A stretch of 64,000 bases of DNA from Gammaproteobacteria bacterium (lineage in GTDB: Bacteria; Pseudomonadota; Gammaproteobacteria; Magnimaribacterales; D2472), in the NCBI GenBank assembly GCA_038108875.1, contig JAYNII010000001.1, positions 35,450 to 99,449 on the forward strand, read 5' to 3'. The position numbers were made by a program, and so were the translations under genes. The notes below the pieces were generated by a model, which was given only the letters and a program-made list of their open reading frames with translations, had not been told where the DNA came from and did not search any database. Of the stretch, positions 19,616-29,830 are shown piece after piece. The stretch's first letter is position 1. Each line of letters begins with the position of its first letter.

Positions 19616-20416
19616 ATGAAAATGAATTATAAAAAATATAAAGCACTTAAAATTAAAAGATCAGAACGTATATTGACTATCACTATCAACCGTCCTGAAG
19701 AGATGAACGCAGTCAATGAGCAACTTCATTCCGAATTTTCCACCATCTTTCTTGACGCAGAATTTGATGATGAGGTAGATATCGTGATCCTAACTGGCGC
19801 AGGTAAAGCATTTTGTGCGGGAGGAGATTTAAAATGGCTGCTTGGGGTACATGGGGATCCAGTGCAAACTGCTTATCACATAAACCATGATAGAAAAATC
19901 CAAAATGCAATGCTAGACATGGAAAAACCAATAATTGCAAAAGTTAATGGACCTGCAATAGGACTCGGTTGTTCTCTTGCCCTATTTTGTGATTTTATAT
20001 ATGCAACTCCAAGATCTAAATTTGCAGATCCTCATGTATCCGTTGGTCTTGTTGCAGGTGATGGGGGTTGTGTAATTTGGCCCCAATTAATTGGTTATGC
20101 TAGAGCAAAAAAATATTTACTCACAGGCGAACAAATCTCAGCTACAGATGCTCTTTCTATTGGATTAATCACAGAGGTTATAGAAGAAAAAGAGATTGAT
20201 AAAGCAGTAGATGCGCTCGCTAAAAGACTAAGGGATGGAGCTAAATATTCTATTCGCTGGACTAAAACATCTATTAATGCAGGTTTAAAGGTTATGGCAA
20301 ACTCGATAATTGATAGGGCGGCTGCCTTCGAGAATGTTACTCAGTTAATGGAGGATCACAAAATTGCTCTCAAGGCATTCGCCCAAAAAAAACAACCAAA
20401 ATTTAAACAAAAATAA
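19616..20416 (+). CDS. Enoyl-CoA hydratase/isomerase (crotonase) family
   Basis: GKAFCAGGDL oxyanion-hole segment and crotonase length. Confidence 0.9.
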   Translation: MKMNYKKYKALKIKRSERILTITINRPEEMNAVNEQLHSEFSTIFLDAEFDDEVDIVILTGAGKAFCAGGDLKWLLGVHGDPVQTAYHINHDRKIQNAMLDMEKPIIAKVNGPAIGLGCSLALFCDFIYATPRSKFADPHVSVGLVAGDGGCVIWPQLIGYARAKKYLLTGEQISATDALSIGLITEVIEEKEIDKAVDALAKRLRDGAKYSIRWTKTSINAGLKVMANSIIDRAAAFENVTQLMEDHKIALKAFAQKKQPKFKQK

Positions 20417-20427
20417 GATCACGTGAT

Positions 20428-21597
20428 ATGAATTACACTCACAAAGAGCCTGAACATCTTTCTATGATAAGAAATACTCTTAGACAGTTTATCGAAAAAG
20501 AGATGCCAAGAGAAAAGGTAAACCTTTGGGATAGAGAGGATTATTTTGATAGACAAGTTTATCAAAAACTTTGCTCCTTAGGAGTAACATCATTAACTGT
20601 TCCCGAGGAATTTGGTGGAAGTGGTCAAGACTTATTAGCCACTATTGCGGTTATTGAAGAGTTATCCTCAAGAAGCGTTGGTATGGCTTCAGGCTTTATT
20701 TATTGTTCGTGTTATGCTGGTTTAAATCTTGTAGATGTCGCATCAGATCACCAAAAAAAGACTTTACTTCCAAAAGTAGCTGAAGGCAATTTGATGTTCT
20801 CATATGGTATCAGCGAACCTGATGTTGGTGCAGATGTAGCAAGTGTAAAGACATCTGCTGTAAGAGATGGGGAAGAATTGATTATCAACGGCAGCAAGAG
20901 ATGGTGTTCTGGAGCAAAGATTACGGATTATATTTATACTCTAGTAAGAACCGGTCCCATTGAAGATAGGTATAAAAACCTATCCTTAGTATTAATTCCA
21001 CCTAGTGCCGAGGGCGTTATTGTGGAACCACAGCTTACACTAGGGCAAAAGGGCACAGGCGGGACTTGCGATGTTACTTTTAATGACGTCAGAGTACCGT
21101 TTAAAAACCTCATCGGAGAGGAAGAGGGCTGGAATAAAGGCTGGGAAAAGATTGTTAGGACTGGCTTGGATGTAGAAAAAATTGAGGTTGCGGCTCTAGC
21201 TTATGGAATTGCCAAAGCAGCTGTTGCAGATGCCTGGGATTATGCTCAAGATAGAACTCAATTTGGAAAAGCCATTGCAACTTATCAATCGATAAGGCAC
21301 ATACTTGCAGATGCTCAGGCTAAACTAGAAGCTTGTAGATTGATGACATATGAGGGAGCCTCTTTAGCCAACCAAAAAATTGAAGATCCTGCAAAAATGT
21401 CAATGATAAAGTTATTCGTTACTGAAACAGCGGTAGAGATTGTGCTTAATTGTCAAAAAGTATTTGGAGCGTATGGGTATTCCAGAGATTTTTGTATGGA
21501 AAGATATGTTCGAGATATTTTAGCAATGCCCATCTTGGGCGGTTCTTCTGCAATTCAAAAAAATAATATAGCCAATAGGTTGAATTTACCTAAATAA
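20428..21597 (+). CDS. Acyl-CoA dehydrogenase
   Basis: GISEPDVGADVAS, KRWCSGA and a C-terminal helical domain with GGSSAIQKNNIA. Confidence 0.9.
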   Translation: MNYTHKEPEHLSMIRNTLRQFIEKEMPREKVNLWDREDYFDRQVYQKLCSLGVTSLTVPEEFGGSGQDLLATIAVIEELSSRSVGMASGFIYCSCYAGLNLVDVASDHQKKTLLPKVAEGNLMFSYGISEPDVGADVASVKTSAVRDGEELIINGSKRWCSGAKITDYIYTLVRTGPIEDRYKNLSLVLIPPSAEGVIVEPQLTLGQKGTGGTCDVTFNDVRVPFKNLIGEEEGWNKGWEKIVRTGLDVEKIEVAALAYGIAKAAVADAWDYAQDRTQFGKAIATYQSIRHILADAQAKLEACRLMTYEGASLANQKIEDPAKMSMIKLFVTETAVEIVLNCQKVFGAYGYSRDFCMERYVRDILAMPILGGSSAIQKNNIANRLNLPK

Positions 21598-21668
21598 ATA
21601 TAATTATTTTCTTTTACATTTATAAACATTCTTATTAAAATTTAATGACTTATACACCGGGGGGTGGT

Positions 21669-23984
21669 ATGAAAAGATTATCTATAATTACTTTTGCGCT
21701 TTTATTTTCATTTGTTTACGCTGATGCACCTGTTGAGGTTGCAACCGCAAAACAAGATAAAGATCAAAACAATGCTTCCACACAAGTTGAATCAAGACCT
21801 GTAAGTGTTGGAGCATACGAATCAGAAGGATCTGTGGGTTCGTCTGGTGGAATTGAAGAGGTAGTGGTAACTGCTTCCAAAAGAGAGCAATCATTACAAG
21901 ATGCTCCTATTGCGATTACAGCACTGACAGAATCTACAATTGAAGATTTAAGTATTGCTAGCCTTACTGACGTTCAATCAATGGCTCCAAACGTTCATAT
22001 CCTAAGAGCTCCTGGTAATAATACAGGCAGCACTATCACAATCAGAGGAAATGGCACCATGAACCCTGCGATTACCTGGGAAAATGCAGTTGCGATATAT
22101 GTTGACGGTGTCTACGTAGGGAAAACCCAAGGATCACTTTTTGATATGGTTGATCTTCAGAGGGTTGAACTTTTAAGAGGTCCTCAAGGCACATTATATG
22201 GCCGAAATGCTCTAGCAGGAGCTATAAATTTTGTTTCTAAAAAGCCATCTGGAGCTGGAGGAGAGTTTTCAGGTACAGTTGGTAATTATGGCTACAAATC
22301 TGCAAAAATAAGTTACGACGTAGCTCTTGGAAATAATGTTTTTGCAAAAGTTACTGGCCTGAAAAAAACAAGAGATGGTTTTTATCAAAATAACGAGTCT
22401 CCTTATGGTATCGCTCAAGGTGTTGTAGGCTCAAATCCTATACAAACAGATGAGTTAGATACCTTGGATCTTAAATCATCAAGATTTGTGCTTTCATATC
22501 AAGGTGATAAAGTTAATTGGGATTTCGCTGTTGATACAAGTGAGCAAAATAATACACCTCCATTTGGCCACCTAACGAGACTTCTTCCTAATTGGAGTGC
22601 TGTTTTTGGTGTTGGAGAAATACCAGGATTATTACCTCCAGGCTACAAGCTATGGCCGCTTGAAAAATTTGTAGTCAATGGAAGACAAACCAATGTAAGT
22701 GTTGACGCACCTACCAGAGAAAGATCTTATATTAAGGGTCAAAGCTTCACTATAAGTTTTGACACTCAATTTGGAGAGTTAAAAACTATATATTCTGAGA
22801 GAAAACTTGATTGGTTTGACTTTTTGGATCTCGATGGCTCACCATTCCCAATTTTCCATACTAGCAGAGATACAACTTACGATTCTGACAGTATAGAAGT
22901 TCAATTAGTTGGATCTAGAGGTAATGTTGATTACGTAATAGGTTACTTCCAGTTTAATGACGGCGCTTTTACAAACAATCCTCAGTATCCTTTTGCTTTA
23001 GACAATCCTGAAGGGCAAAAATATTCTGGAGATACTGAAGCAGATGCAGTATATGCTCAATTTGATTTCCATCTTACAGACAAAACTACATTAACTCTTG
23101 GTACAAGAAATACCGATGAAGACAAGGCTGGATTTAAAACTTATTCTGCATTTGGAGTATCCGCATCTTCTTCTGCTAGTTTTTCTAATACTTCAAATAC
23201 TTTTATCTTAAGCCACCAAATTTCTGAAAATACAAATGTTTACGCAAAATATGCAGAAGGATTTAAGGGCGGGGGCTACAATGCTGAAGAAGCAGTTAAC
23301 TACGCAACCTTCCAACTTGCAGATGGTTTTAAAGCATACAAGCCAGAAATTATAGAATCGACAGAATTTGGTTTAAAAGGCATCTATCTTGATAACAAAC
23401 TTTCCTTAAATTTAGCTTACTTTATGAATGATCATACTGATATGCAGGTTGCTTACTTTACTGCAGCTGGCGCTGCCGCAAGTGAAGTCCTTAATGCTTC
23501 TGCAGAAATAGATGGATTTGAAATAGAGATGCAAGCATATTTATCAGATGTATCTAGACTAAGTTTAACAGCTGGCCTCTTAGATATAGGTGGATATACC
23601 GGAAATAATTATGCGAGTGACGGTTTTGTGTTGCAAGCCTTCCCTTATTCTCCTCAAGATACTTACTTCTTAAGTTATGAGAGAGATTTTAGTAATTTCA
23701 CCCTTAGGATTGATCAAGAACACGTTTCTGAACATTATGCATTTCCTTATGACTCAAAAGATCCAAGATATGAGCACAGCTATCATAAAGGCAGAGACCT
23801 AACCAATCTCAGGATTATTATGGATCCATCTGACAATGTTGATTTAGTATTCTGGGTCAAGAATTTAACTGATAAAGAATACTCATACACCAACATCCCC
23901 TTTGGTCCAGCATTTGGAAATTTAAATATGACTTATTTTGCTCCTCCTAGAACGGTTGGAGTTGATTTAAGATTTAAATTCTAA
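21669..23984 (+). CDS. TonB-dependent receptor
   Basis: Signal peptide (MKRLSIITFALLF), plug motifs EEVVVTASKREQSLQDAPIAIT and RGPQGTLYGRNALAGAINF, and a terminal ...DLRFKF aromatic residue. Start set at the Met preceded by a GGGGGTGG SD-like run. Confidence 0.95.
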   Translation: MKRLSIITFALLFSFVYADAPVEVATAKQDKDQNNASTQVESRPVSVGAYESEGSVGSSGGIEEVVVTASKREQSLQDAPIAITALTESTIEDLSIASLTDVQSMAPNVHILRAPGNNTGSTITIRGNGTMNPAITWENAVAIYVDGVYVGKTQGSLFDMVDLQRVELLRGPQGTLYGRNALAGAINFVSKKPSGAGGEFSGTVGNYGYKSAKISYDVALGNNVFAKVTGLKKTRDGFYQNNESPYGIAQGVVGSNPIQTDELDTLDLKSSRFVLSYQGDKVNWDFAVDTSEQNNTPPFGHLTRLLPNWSAVFGVGEIPGLLPPGYKLWPLEKFVVNGRQTNVSVDAPTRERSYIKGQSFTISFDTQFGELKTIYSERKLDWFDFLDLDGSPFPIFHTSRDTTYDSDSIEVQLVGSRGNVDYVIGYFQFNDGAFTNNPQYPFALDNPEGQKYSGDTEADAVYAQFDFHLTDKTTLTLGTRNTDEDKAGFKTYSAFGVSASSSASFSNTSNTFILSHQISENTNVYAKYAEGFKGGGYNAEEAVNYATFQLADGFKAYKPEIIESTEFGLKGIYLDNKLSLNLAYFMNDHTDMQVAYFTAAGAAASEVLNASAEIDGFEIEMQAYLSDVSRLSLTAGLLDIGGYTGNNYASDGFVLQAFPYSPQDTYFLSYERDFSNFTLRIDQEHVSEHYAFPYDSKDPRYEHSYHKGRDLTNLRIIMDPSDNVDLVFWVKNLTDKEYSYTNIPFGPAFGNLNMTYFAPPRTVGVDLRFKF

Positions 23985-23995
23985 AAAAAACGATA

Positions 23996-24033
23996 TTCGC
24001 AGCAAGAGACATACTCCTTGCTGCGAAATTTTT
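23996..24033 (+). terminator. Rho-independent terminator after the TBDR gene
   Basis: Perfect 11-bp stem TTCGCAGCAAG/CTTGCTGCGAA with a 10-nt loop, followed by ATTTTTAT. Confidence 0.8.
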
Positions 24034-24035
24034 AT

Positions 24036-25187
24036 ATGAATAACCTACTCTTGTTTGAAGATCAGCTTTCCAGCGAGGAACGGTTGATTTCAGAAAATGT
24101 TGCTAACTATTGTTCTCAAAAGCTTTATCCAAGAATCATTGATGCAAATAGAAATGAAACCTTTGATAGAAATATTTATTATGAAATGGGGGAGCTTGGT
24201 ATTCTAGGGGCAACAATTCATGGGTATGGCTGTGCAGGAATTAACTATGTATCTTATGGTTTGATTACTCGAGAGATTGAAAGAGTAGATTCAAGTTACA
24301 GATCTGCATTAAGCGTGCAGTCTTCCCTTTCAATGTATGCAATTTATAAGTTTGGATCAGAGGATCAGAAAAATAAATTTCTACCAGAAATGGCAAAAGG
24401 AAACTTAATAGGCTGCTTCGGATTAACAGAGCCAGATGCTGGATCAGATCCAGGTTCAATGCTTAGCAACGCAAAAAAAATTGATGGCGGTTATTTATTA
24501 AATGGCTCTAAAACTTGGATTACTAATGCACCTATTGCAGATGTATTTGTAATATGGGCAAAAGACGATCAAGGGGTATTAAGAGGCTTTATCACTGAGA
24601 AGGGAGTTAAAGGTCTGGAGGTAAGAAAACTCCAAGGAAAATTTGCATTAAGAGCCTCCACTACTGGCCAAATTTTTATGCAGGATGTGTTTATCCCAGA
24701 AGAAAATATTTTACCTAAAGTTCAAAGTTTTAGGGGACCGTTTAGCTGTCTCAACGTTGCTAGATATGGAATAGCTTGGGGAGTGTTGGGTGCTGCTGAG
24801 TTTTGCTGGACTCAAGCTAAAGATTATGTTTTAAATAGAAAGCAATTTGGTGCTCCTCTTGCAAGTAAACAGCTTGTGCAAAAAAAGTTAGCTGACATGG
24901 AAACAGAGATAAATCTTGGTTTGCAAGCAGTTTTGAGAGTTGGCAGATTAATAGATGAAGATAGATTTCAGCCTGAGATGATTTCAATGGTTAAGAGAAA
25001 CAATTGTCAGAAAGCATTGGATATAGCTAGAGCTGCAAGAGATATGCATGGAGGCAATGGCGTAATTGATGAATTCCATGTTATAAGACACGTGATGAAT
25101 TTAGAGGCAGTCAATACTTACGAAGGAACTCATGATGTTCATTCATTAATTCTTGGAAGCAGACAGACTGGAATTTCAGCATTCTAA
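24036..25187 (+). CDS. gcdH: Glutaryl-CoA dehydrogenase-type acyl-CoA dehydrogenase
   Basis: N-terminal [14 protein letters not shown]..., [33 protein letters not shown] and YEGTHDVH are typical of GCDH as I recall it. The ATG at 24036 is preferred over the TTG inside the terminator. Confidence 0.8.
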   Translation: MNNLLLFEDQLSSEERLISENVANYCSQKLYPRIIDANRNETFDRNIYYEMGELGILGATIHGYGCAGINYVSYGLITREIERVDSSYRSALSVQSSLSMYAIYKFGSEDQKNKFLPEMAKGNLIGCFGLTEPDAGSDPGSMLSNAKKIDGGYLLNGSKTWITNAPIADVFVIWAKDDQGVLRGFITEKGVKGLEVRKLQGKFALRASTTGQIFMQDVFIPEENILPKVQSFRGPFSCLNVARYGIAWGVLGAAEFCWTQAKDYVLNRKQFGAPLASKQLVQKKLADMETEINLGLQAVLRVGRLIDEDRFQPEMISMVKRNNCQKALDIARAARDMHGGNGVIDEFHVIRHVMNLEAVNTYEGTHDVHSLILGSRQTGISAF

Positions 25188-25206
25188 TTTTTTTAAATAA
25201 AATCAA

Positions 25207-25881
25207 TTGATACAAGTAACAGATTTAAAAAAATCCTATAAATTAGGTACCCAAGAATTAGAAGTACTTAAAGGTATTAATTTTACAATCCATAAAGGCG
25301 AATATGTTGCGATTATGGGGCCATCTGGTTCTGGAAAATCAACTCTAATGAACATAATTGGCTGCTTGGATTCTCCAACGTCAGGCTCATATCAGCTCAA
25401 TGGCAAAGAGGTATCTAATATACCTGATGATGATTTATCTAGAGTAAGAAATAAAGAAATAGGTTTTGTTTTTCAGAATTTCAGTCTACTTCCAAGAAAT
25501 ACCGCCCTAGAAAATGTTATGCTTCCCTTGCAATATGCAGGTTTTGATAAGCAAGAGAGACTTAATCTAGCAAACAAAGCTCTAGCTCAAGTAAATCTGC
25601 AAGATAGAGTCAATCATAAACCCTCTGAAATGTCTGGTGGTCAACAGCAAAGAGTGGCTATAGCTCGAGCCTTAGTTACAAATCCTTCAATTATTTTTGC
25701 CGATGAGCCCACAGGTAATCTTGATACAGTTACCGGTGAAGAAGTATTAAAAATATTTCGAGATCTTCACAATAATGGCCAAACTATTATACTTATAACC
25801 CACGAACCCGATGTTGCTAAACAGGCTAGTAGGATAATTTTTATTAAAGACGGACTTATAGAATATGATAAAGCTAACTAA
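25207..25881 (+). CDS. ABC transporter ATP-binding protein (MacB/LolD-type)
   Basis: [39 protein letters not shown] start. Confidence 0.9.
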   Translation: MIQVTDLKKSYKLGTQELEVLKGINFTIHKGEYVAIMGPSGSGKSTLMNIIGCLDSPTSGSYQLNGKEVSNIPDDDLSRVRNKEIGFVFQNFSLLPRNTALENVMLPLQYAGFDKQERLNLANKALAQVNLQDRVNHKPSEMSGGQQQRVAIARALVTNPSIIFADEPTGNLDTVTGEEVLKIFRDLHNNGQTIILITHEPDVAKQASRIIFIKDGLIEYDKAN

Positions 25882-27058
25882 ATCAAAGATCTTATTTTCC
25901 TCTCTTTTCTTACTTGTAGCTTGCGGGGGCTCAAAAGAACAGGATGATTTTAAATTTTATACAAAAAAAGAAATAGGAGCTAAGCAGCTTCAACTCACAG
26001 TGGAGGCTTCCGGCACTGTAGAAGCAATCTCTTCAATTGAAATCAAATCAAAAGCCTCTGGAGAAATTTTATTTCTGGGTGCTGAAATAGGCGACTTTAT
26101 AGAAAAAGGCGAAGTCCTTGCAAGGATTGACCAAAGAACACCTAAAAATAATCTTGAACAAGCTACAGCTGATCTTGAAGTAGCAAAAGTGAGGTTAGCA
26201 AATGCAGAAAGCCAATTCATAAGGTCTGAAAAACTTCATAAGGAAGGCAGTATAAGTGATAAAGCTTTTGAGGATGCCCAAGAAGCTTTCTCGTCAGCAA
26301 AATCTCAGTATGTAAGATCCAATGTTTTTCTTGAAAATGCAAAAATATCTCTTGATGATACTTTAGTTAGGTCGCCAATAAACGGAACCATCATTTCAAG
26401 AGCTGCAGAGGTTGGTCAAGTGATTACATCTCCTACTGCCGCTGTTGGTGGTGGAACTCTTTTAATGGAAATGGCAGATCTTAACAATGTTAGAGTTAGA
26501 GCTCTTATTGATGAAATAGATATCGGTAAAATTATTATTGGCCAAGAGGTTACACTTAGGGTATCAGCCTACAGAGATAAAAAATTTACTGGGTTGGTAT
26601 CAAAAATTGAGCCACAGGCAAAAGAAGATCAAAACGTAACCACCTTTCCTGTTCTAATCGATATTGAGAACAAAGATAATCTTTTGCTTATTGGTATGAA
26701 TACTGATGTAGAGATTGAAATTATAAAAGAAGAGGTTGCTTTGGCTCTTCCAGCTGGATCACTGCGAACAAGAAAAGATGTCAAGAGTGTGGCTTTATTA
26801 TTAGGAATACCAGAAGACGAAATTTCTTCTTTCTTGGCAAATAGAGTCGAGGGGGAAGGTTATACAGCATTTATTGTTTTTAAAGACACTAACCAAGGAC
26901 CTAAAATGAATTGGGTGGAAGTTGGTAAAACAGATTTAAATAATGTTGAATTAATCAGTGGCTTGGATAGACAAGATATTGTATACGTACTTCCAAGTGA
27001 GGGTTTGATAACTTATCAGCAAAGATTTTCTGAAAGATTAAAAAGCAGATTTAGTTAA
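25865..27058 (+). CDS. Periplasmic adaptor (HlyD/MacA-type membrane fusion lipoprotein)
   Basis: Lipobox LLVACGG, coiled-coil hairpin region and beta-barrel segments typical of MFPs. Overlaps the neighbours on both sides. Confidence 0.85.
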   Translation: MIKLTKSKILFSSLFLLVACGGSKEQDDFKFYTKKEIGAKQLQLTVEASGTVEAISSIEIKSKASGEILFLGAEIGDFIEKGEVLARIDQRTPKNNLEQATADLEVAKVRLANAESQFIRSEKLHKEGSISDKAFEDAQEAFSSAKSQYVRSNVFLENAKISLDDTLVRSPINGTIISRAAEVGQVITSPTAAVGGGTLLMEMADLNNVRVRALIDEIDIGKIIIGQEVTLRVSAYRDKKFTGLVSKIEPQAKEDQNVTTFPVLIDIENKDNLLLIGMNTDVEIEIIKEEVALALPAGSLRTRKDVKSVALLLGIPEDEISSFLANRVEGEGYTAFIVFKDTNQGPKMNWVEVGKTDLNNVELISGLDRQDIVYVLPSEGLITYQQRFSERLKSRFS

Positions 27059-28266
27059 TGCCAATCCAAGAATCAATTTTATCTGCGCTTGATTCTATAA
27101 GAGCTAACAAGCTTCGCTCTATTTTAACAACTCTTGCAATTATCATAGGTACTGCTGCGGTAATTGCTATGGTATCTATGGGTTCAAGTGCTCAAAAAGC
27201 TATAGATGAGTCTATTTCTGATCTTGGTGCCAGAACAATTTATGTATATCCATCCTCTTCAAGACAGGGTGCAACCAATACAAGCGATGCTCCGCTAGAT
27301 ATTAAAGATGCGCTAGCCTTGTCCAAAGATAAAGAAATACCCTGGCAGATAGCTCCAGAACTTCGAGGTAATAGACAAATAAAGTTTGGCAATGAGAATT
27401 CAAGCCTATCAATTGTTGGAAGTACTAGTGATTACTTTTCTATAAGAGGATATGAACTTGATAGCGGTGTTTTATTTAATGAAAATGATGATCTTGCTCG
27501 TAAAAGAGTTGTTGTGATTGGCTCAAAGGTTGCAAGTGAACTCAAAACTACAACAAAGGCTTTACTTAATAATGATATTTTTATTTCAAATATTGCCTTC
27601 AAGGTCATAGGGGTCTTAAAAGAGGAAGGAGCAGGTTGGGGCCCTAATCCAGATGATACTATTTACACACCCTTGTATACCGCTGCAGACAGAATACTTG
27701 GTACAGAAATAATAGGTTCCATAAATGTTAATTTTCCTGTTGAGTACAAAACCGAAGAAGTAATGATCGCAATTGAGCGAGTTTTAAGAAGGGAACATGA
27801 TATAGGTCCAGGAGAAGAAAATAACTTCCGTATTAATGACTGGGGACAGGCTTTGGATTTACAAAGGCAAGCAACTTCAATATTCTTTGCGTTAATTATT
27901 GGAATAGCTTCTCTAAGCCTAATGGTTGGCGGAATTGGGGTTATGAACATAATGCTTGTGTCAGTAACTGAACGAACTCGAGAAATAGGACTAAGAAAAG
28001 CGCTTGGAGCAACAAAAAATATCATCCTACTTCAATTTATTATTGAAGCAGTTATCCTTTGTTTAATTGGTGGATTCATTGGAGTTGTGCTTGGAAGTGT
28101 CATCTATTTTTTAGTTGCTTTAGCGCAAGATTGGCCGTTAGTTTTTCCATTAACCGCTATCATTGGATCGGTAACTTTCTCTGCTGCAGTAGGTCTATTT
28201 TTTGGAATTTGGCCTGCTAAAAGAGCTGCTAATATGGATCCTGCGGTTGCTTTACGATACGAATGA
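27058..28266 (+). CDS. ABC transporter permease, MacB/FtsX-type
   Basis: N-terminal TM helix, large periplasmic domain, then a C-terminal FtsX 3-TM bundle with TERTREIGLRKALGA. Confidence 0.9.
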   Translation: MPIQESILSALDSIRANKLRSILTTLAIIIGTAAVIAMVSMGSSAQKAIDESISDLGARTIYVYPSSSRQGATNTSDAPLDIKDALALSKDKEIPWQIAPELRGNRQIKFGNENSSLSIVGSTSDYFSIRGYELDSGVLFNENDDLARKRVVVIGSKVASELKTTTKALLNNDIFISNIAFKVIGVLKEEGAGWGPNPDDTIYTPLYTAADRILGTEIIGSINVNFPVEYKTEEVMIAIERVLRREHDIGPGEENNFRINDWGQALDLQRQATSIFFALIIGIASLSLMVGGIGVMNIMLVSVTERTREIGLRKALGATKNIILLQFIIEAVILCLIGGFIGVVLGSVIYFLVALAQDWPLVFPLTAIIGSVTFSAAVGLFFGIWPAKRAANMDPAVALRYE

Positions 28267-29372
28267 AATTAAAAGTACTTCAACTCCTCCCTGCTCTAAA
28301 CCACGGAGGCGTTGAGAGAGGTACTTTAGATCTTTCTAATTTTCTGATTAGAGAAGGGCATGAATCAGTCGTTGTCTCGAGTGGAGGGATATTTGCTGAA
28401 GAGATAACTAATAGTGGCGGATCTCATTATGCTATTCCTATTGCAGAAAAAAAAATCTCTACTCTTCTTCAATACAAGGAGTTAGCTAGAATTTATAAAC
28501 ATGAACTTCCTCACATCATTCATATAAGATCAAGGTTTCCAGCATGGGTGCATTTTCTTGCTATAAGATCTCTAAAGGAAGCAGATTTTTTACCAAGGGT
28601 TGTGAGCACATTTCATGGCCTATACTCTAAGCCATGGTACAGTAAATCAATGACTTATGTCGACAAAACCATAGCTATTTCTCAAATTGTGCACAAGTAT
28701 ATTCTAGATAATTACAAAATAAATGCAGAAAATATTAAATTGATATATCGAGGTTGCGATACTTCTATTTTTAACAATAGTCCTTTTGATAATTCTTGGG
28801 TAGAAAATTTTTATAAAAAGTTTCCTGAAGTCAAGGACAAAAAAATTATTCTATTTCCATCCAGGGTAACTGCTTGGAAAGGTATTGAATCATTTGGAAA
28901 AGCTTTAAGTCTATTATCTGGGTCTGATTGGATTGGAGTTGTAGCTGGCCCAATTGCAACGAATAAACAAAATTATTATTTAAAATTGCAAACTCTTTTT
29001 GCAGATCTCATTGCTTCTAAAAAACTATTATTTATTGGAACTCAAAGCGCAATAGAAAATTTATACAAGATATCTTGCATAACTTTAAATCTATCTCAAA
29101 AACCCGAACCTTTTGGAAGAACCATCATTGAGGCAGCAGCTTGTGGTTGTAAAGTAATCGGTTGGAATCGTGGCGGGGTTGGAGAATCTATTAATCAAAT
29201 TGATCCTTCTGGATTAGTTGAATTTAATGATTTTAAGAGTTTGGTAAATTCGATAAGGACAGCTTTGAATTATTCTAATCACAAGTCAATCCTGCCCGAA
29301 CAATTTACCTTAGACTATCAATGCAGAGAAACTTTAGCGCTTTATTTGGATATTTTAAAATCTAACGAGTAA
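28263..29372 (+). CDS. Glycosyltransferase family 4 (GT-B)
   Basis: KVLQLLPALNHGGVERGTLDL N-terminus and a C-terminal EPFGRTIIEAAACGCKVIG (E-x7-E region). Confidence 0.8.
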   Translation: MKLKVLQLLPALNHGGVERGTLDLSNFLIREGHESVVVSSGGIFAEEITNSGGSHYAIPIAEKKISTLLQYKELARIYKHELPHIIHIRSRFPAWVHFLAIRSLKEADFLPRVVSTFHGLYSKPWYSKSMTYVDKTIAISQIVHKYILDNYKINAENIKLIYRGCDTSIFNNSPFDNSWVENFYKKFPEVKDKKIILFPSRVTAWKGIESFGKALSLLSGSDWIGVVAGPIATNKQNYYLKLQTLFADLIASKKLLFIGTQSAIENLYKISCITLNLSQKPEPFGRTIIEAAACGCKVIGWNRGGVGESINQIDPSGLVEFNDFKSLVNSIRTALNYSNHKSILPEQFTLDYQCRETLALYLDILKSNE

Positions 29373-29821
29373 TGTTCAACGAAGTGTTTTTTGATTGTTG
29401 AAATATCAATCTTTGAAGCATTGCGCACAAAAAAACTAATTAGGTTAAGCAAATTTTTCTCATCCAGATGCATCTCAATTGGGAAAAATTCTCTCATTAG
29501 ATGAGTACCCACACCAATAACTGGAATTTCTTGCAATATTGCTTGTGTGACAACTTGATCTGCATGCATCTTATTCGTAAGGACAATCACTCCATCAGAG
29601 CCCTTAAGATGTTTTGTTATATGTTCAATATTGATAATTTGATCTATATCTATTGATGAATATTCTTTTTGGCTAAATTTTTGCTTGGTTGAATAGGATA
29701 TTTCTTTTTCGCTTAGTACTATAAGTGTGTTAGGTTGACCTCTCCAAATTTTGATAATTTGCTGTAAAAGTGAGTTATCCCATTCATCAACATAGGCTGT
29801 AAAGGTTTGATTGTTATTCAT
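29342..29821 (-). CDS. Hypothetical protein, possibly a half-size GT-B-like domain
   Basis: 159-aa ORF whose 3' end overlaps the convergent GT4 gene by 31 nt. The pattern ...GVIVLTNKMHADQVVTQAILQEIPVIGV... is weakly like a glycosyltransferase C-domain. Confidence 0.4.
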   Translation of the reverse strand: MNNNQTFTAYVDEWDNSLLQQIIKIWRGQPNTLIVLSEKEISYSTKQKFSQKEYSSIDIDQIINIEHITKHLKGSDGVIVLTNKMHADQVVTQAILQEIPVIGVGTHLMREFFPIEMHLDEKNLLNLISFFVRNASKIDISTIKKHFVEHYSLDFKISK

Positions 29822-29830
29822 TGAATAAAA

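Noticed and set aside
21598-21668. Fur box upstream of the second TonB-dependent receptor.
   Set aside because: The AT-rich spacer matches the 19-nt Fur consensus GATAATGATAATCATTATC poorly, and the neighbouring genes point to organic-substrate rather than iron uptake.
28447-28455. Homopolymer tracts in envelope genes (A9 in the GT4 gene; A8 then T8 at 30546-30561 in the ELM1-like gene) as phase-variation switches.
   Set aside because: A8-type runs occur throughout the window in housekeeping genes too, for example near 20385, 33890, 44415 and 52685. They reflect AT-richness rather than a specific contingency locus.
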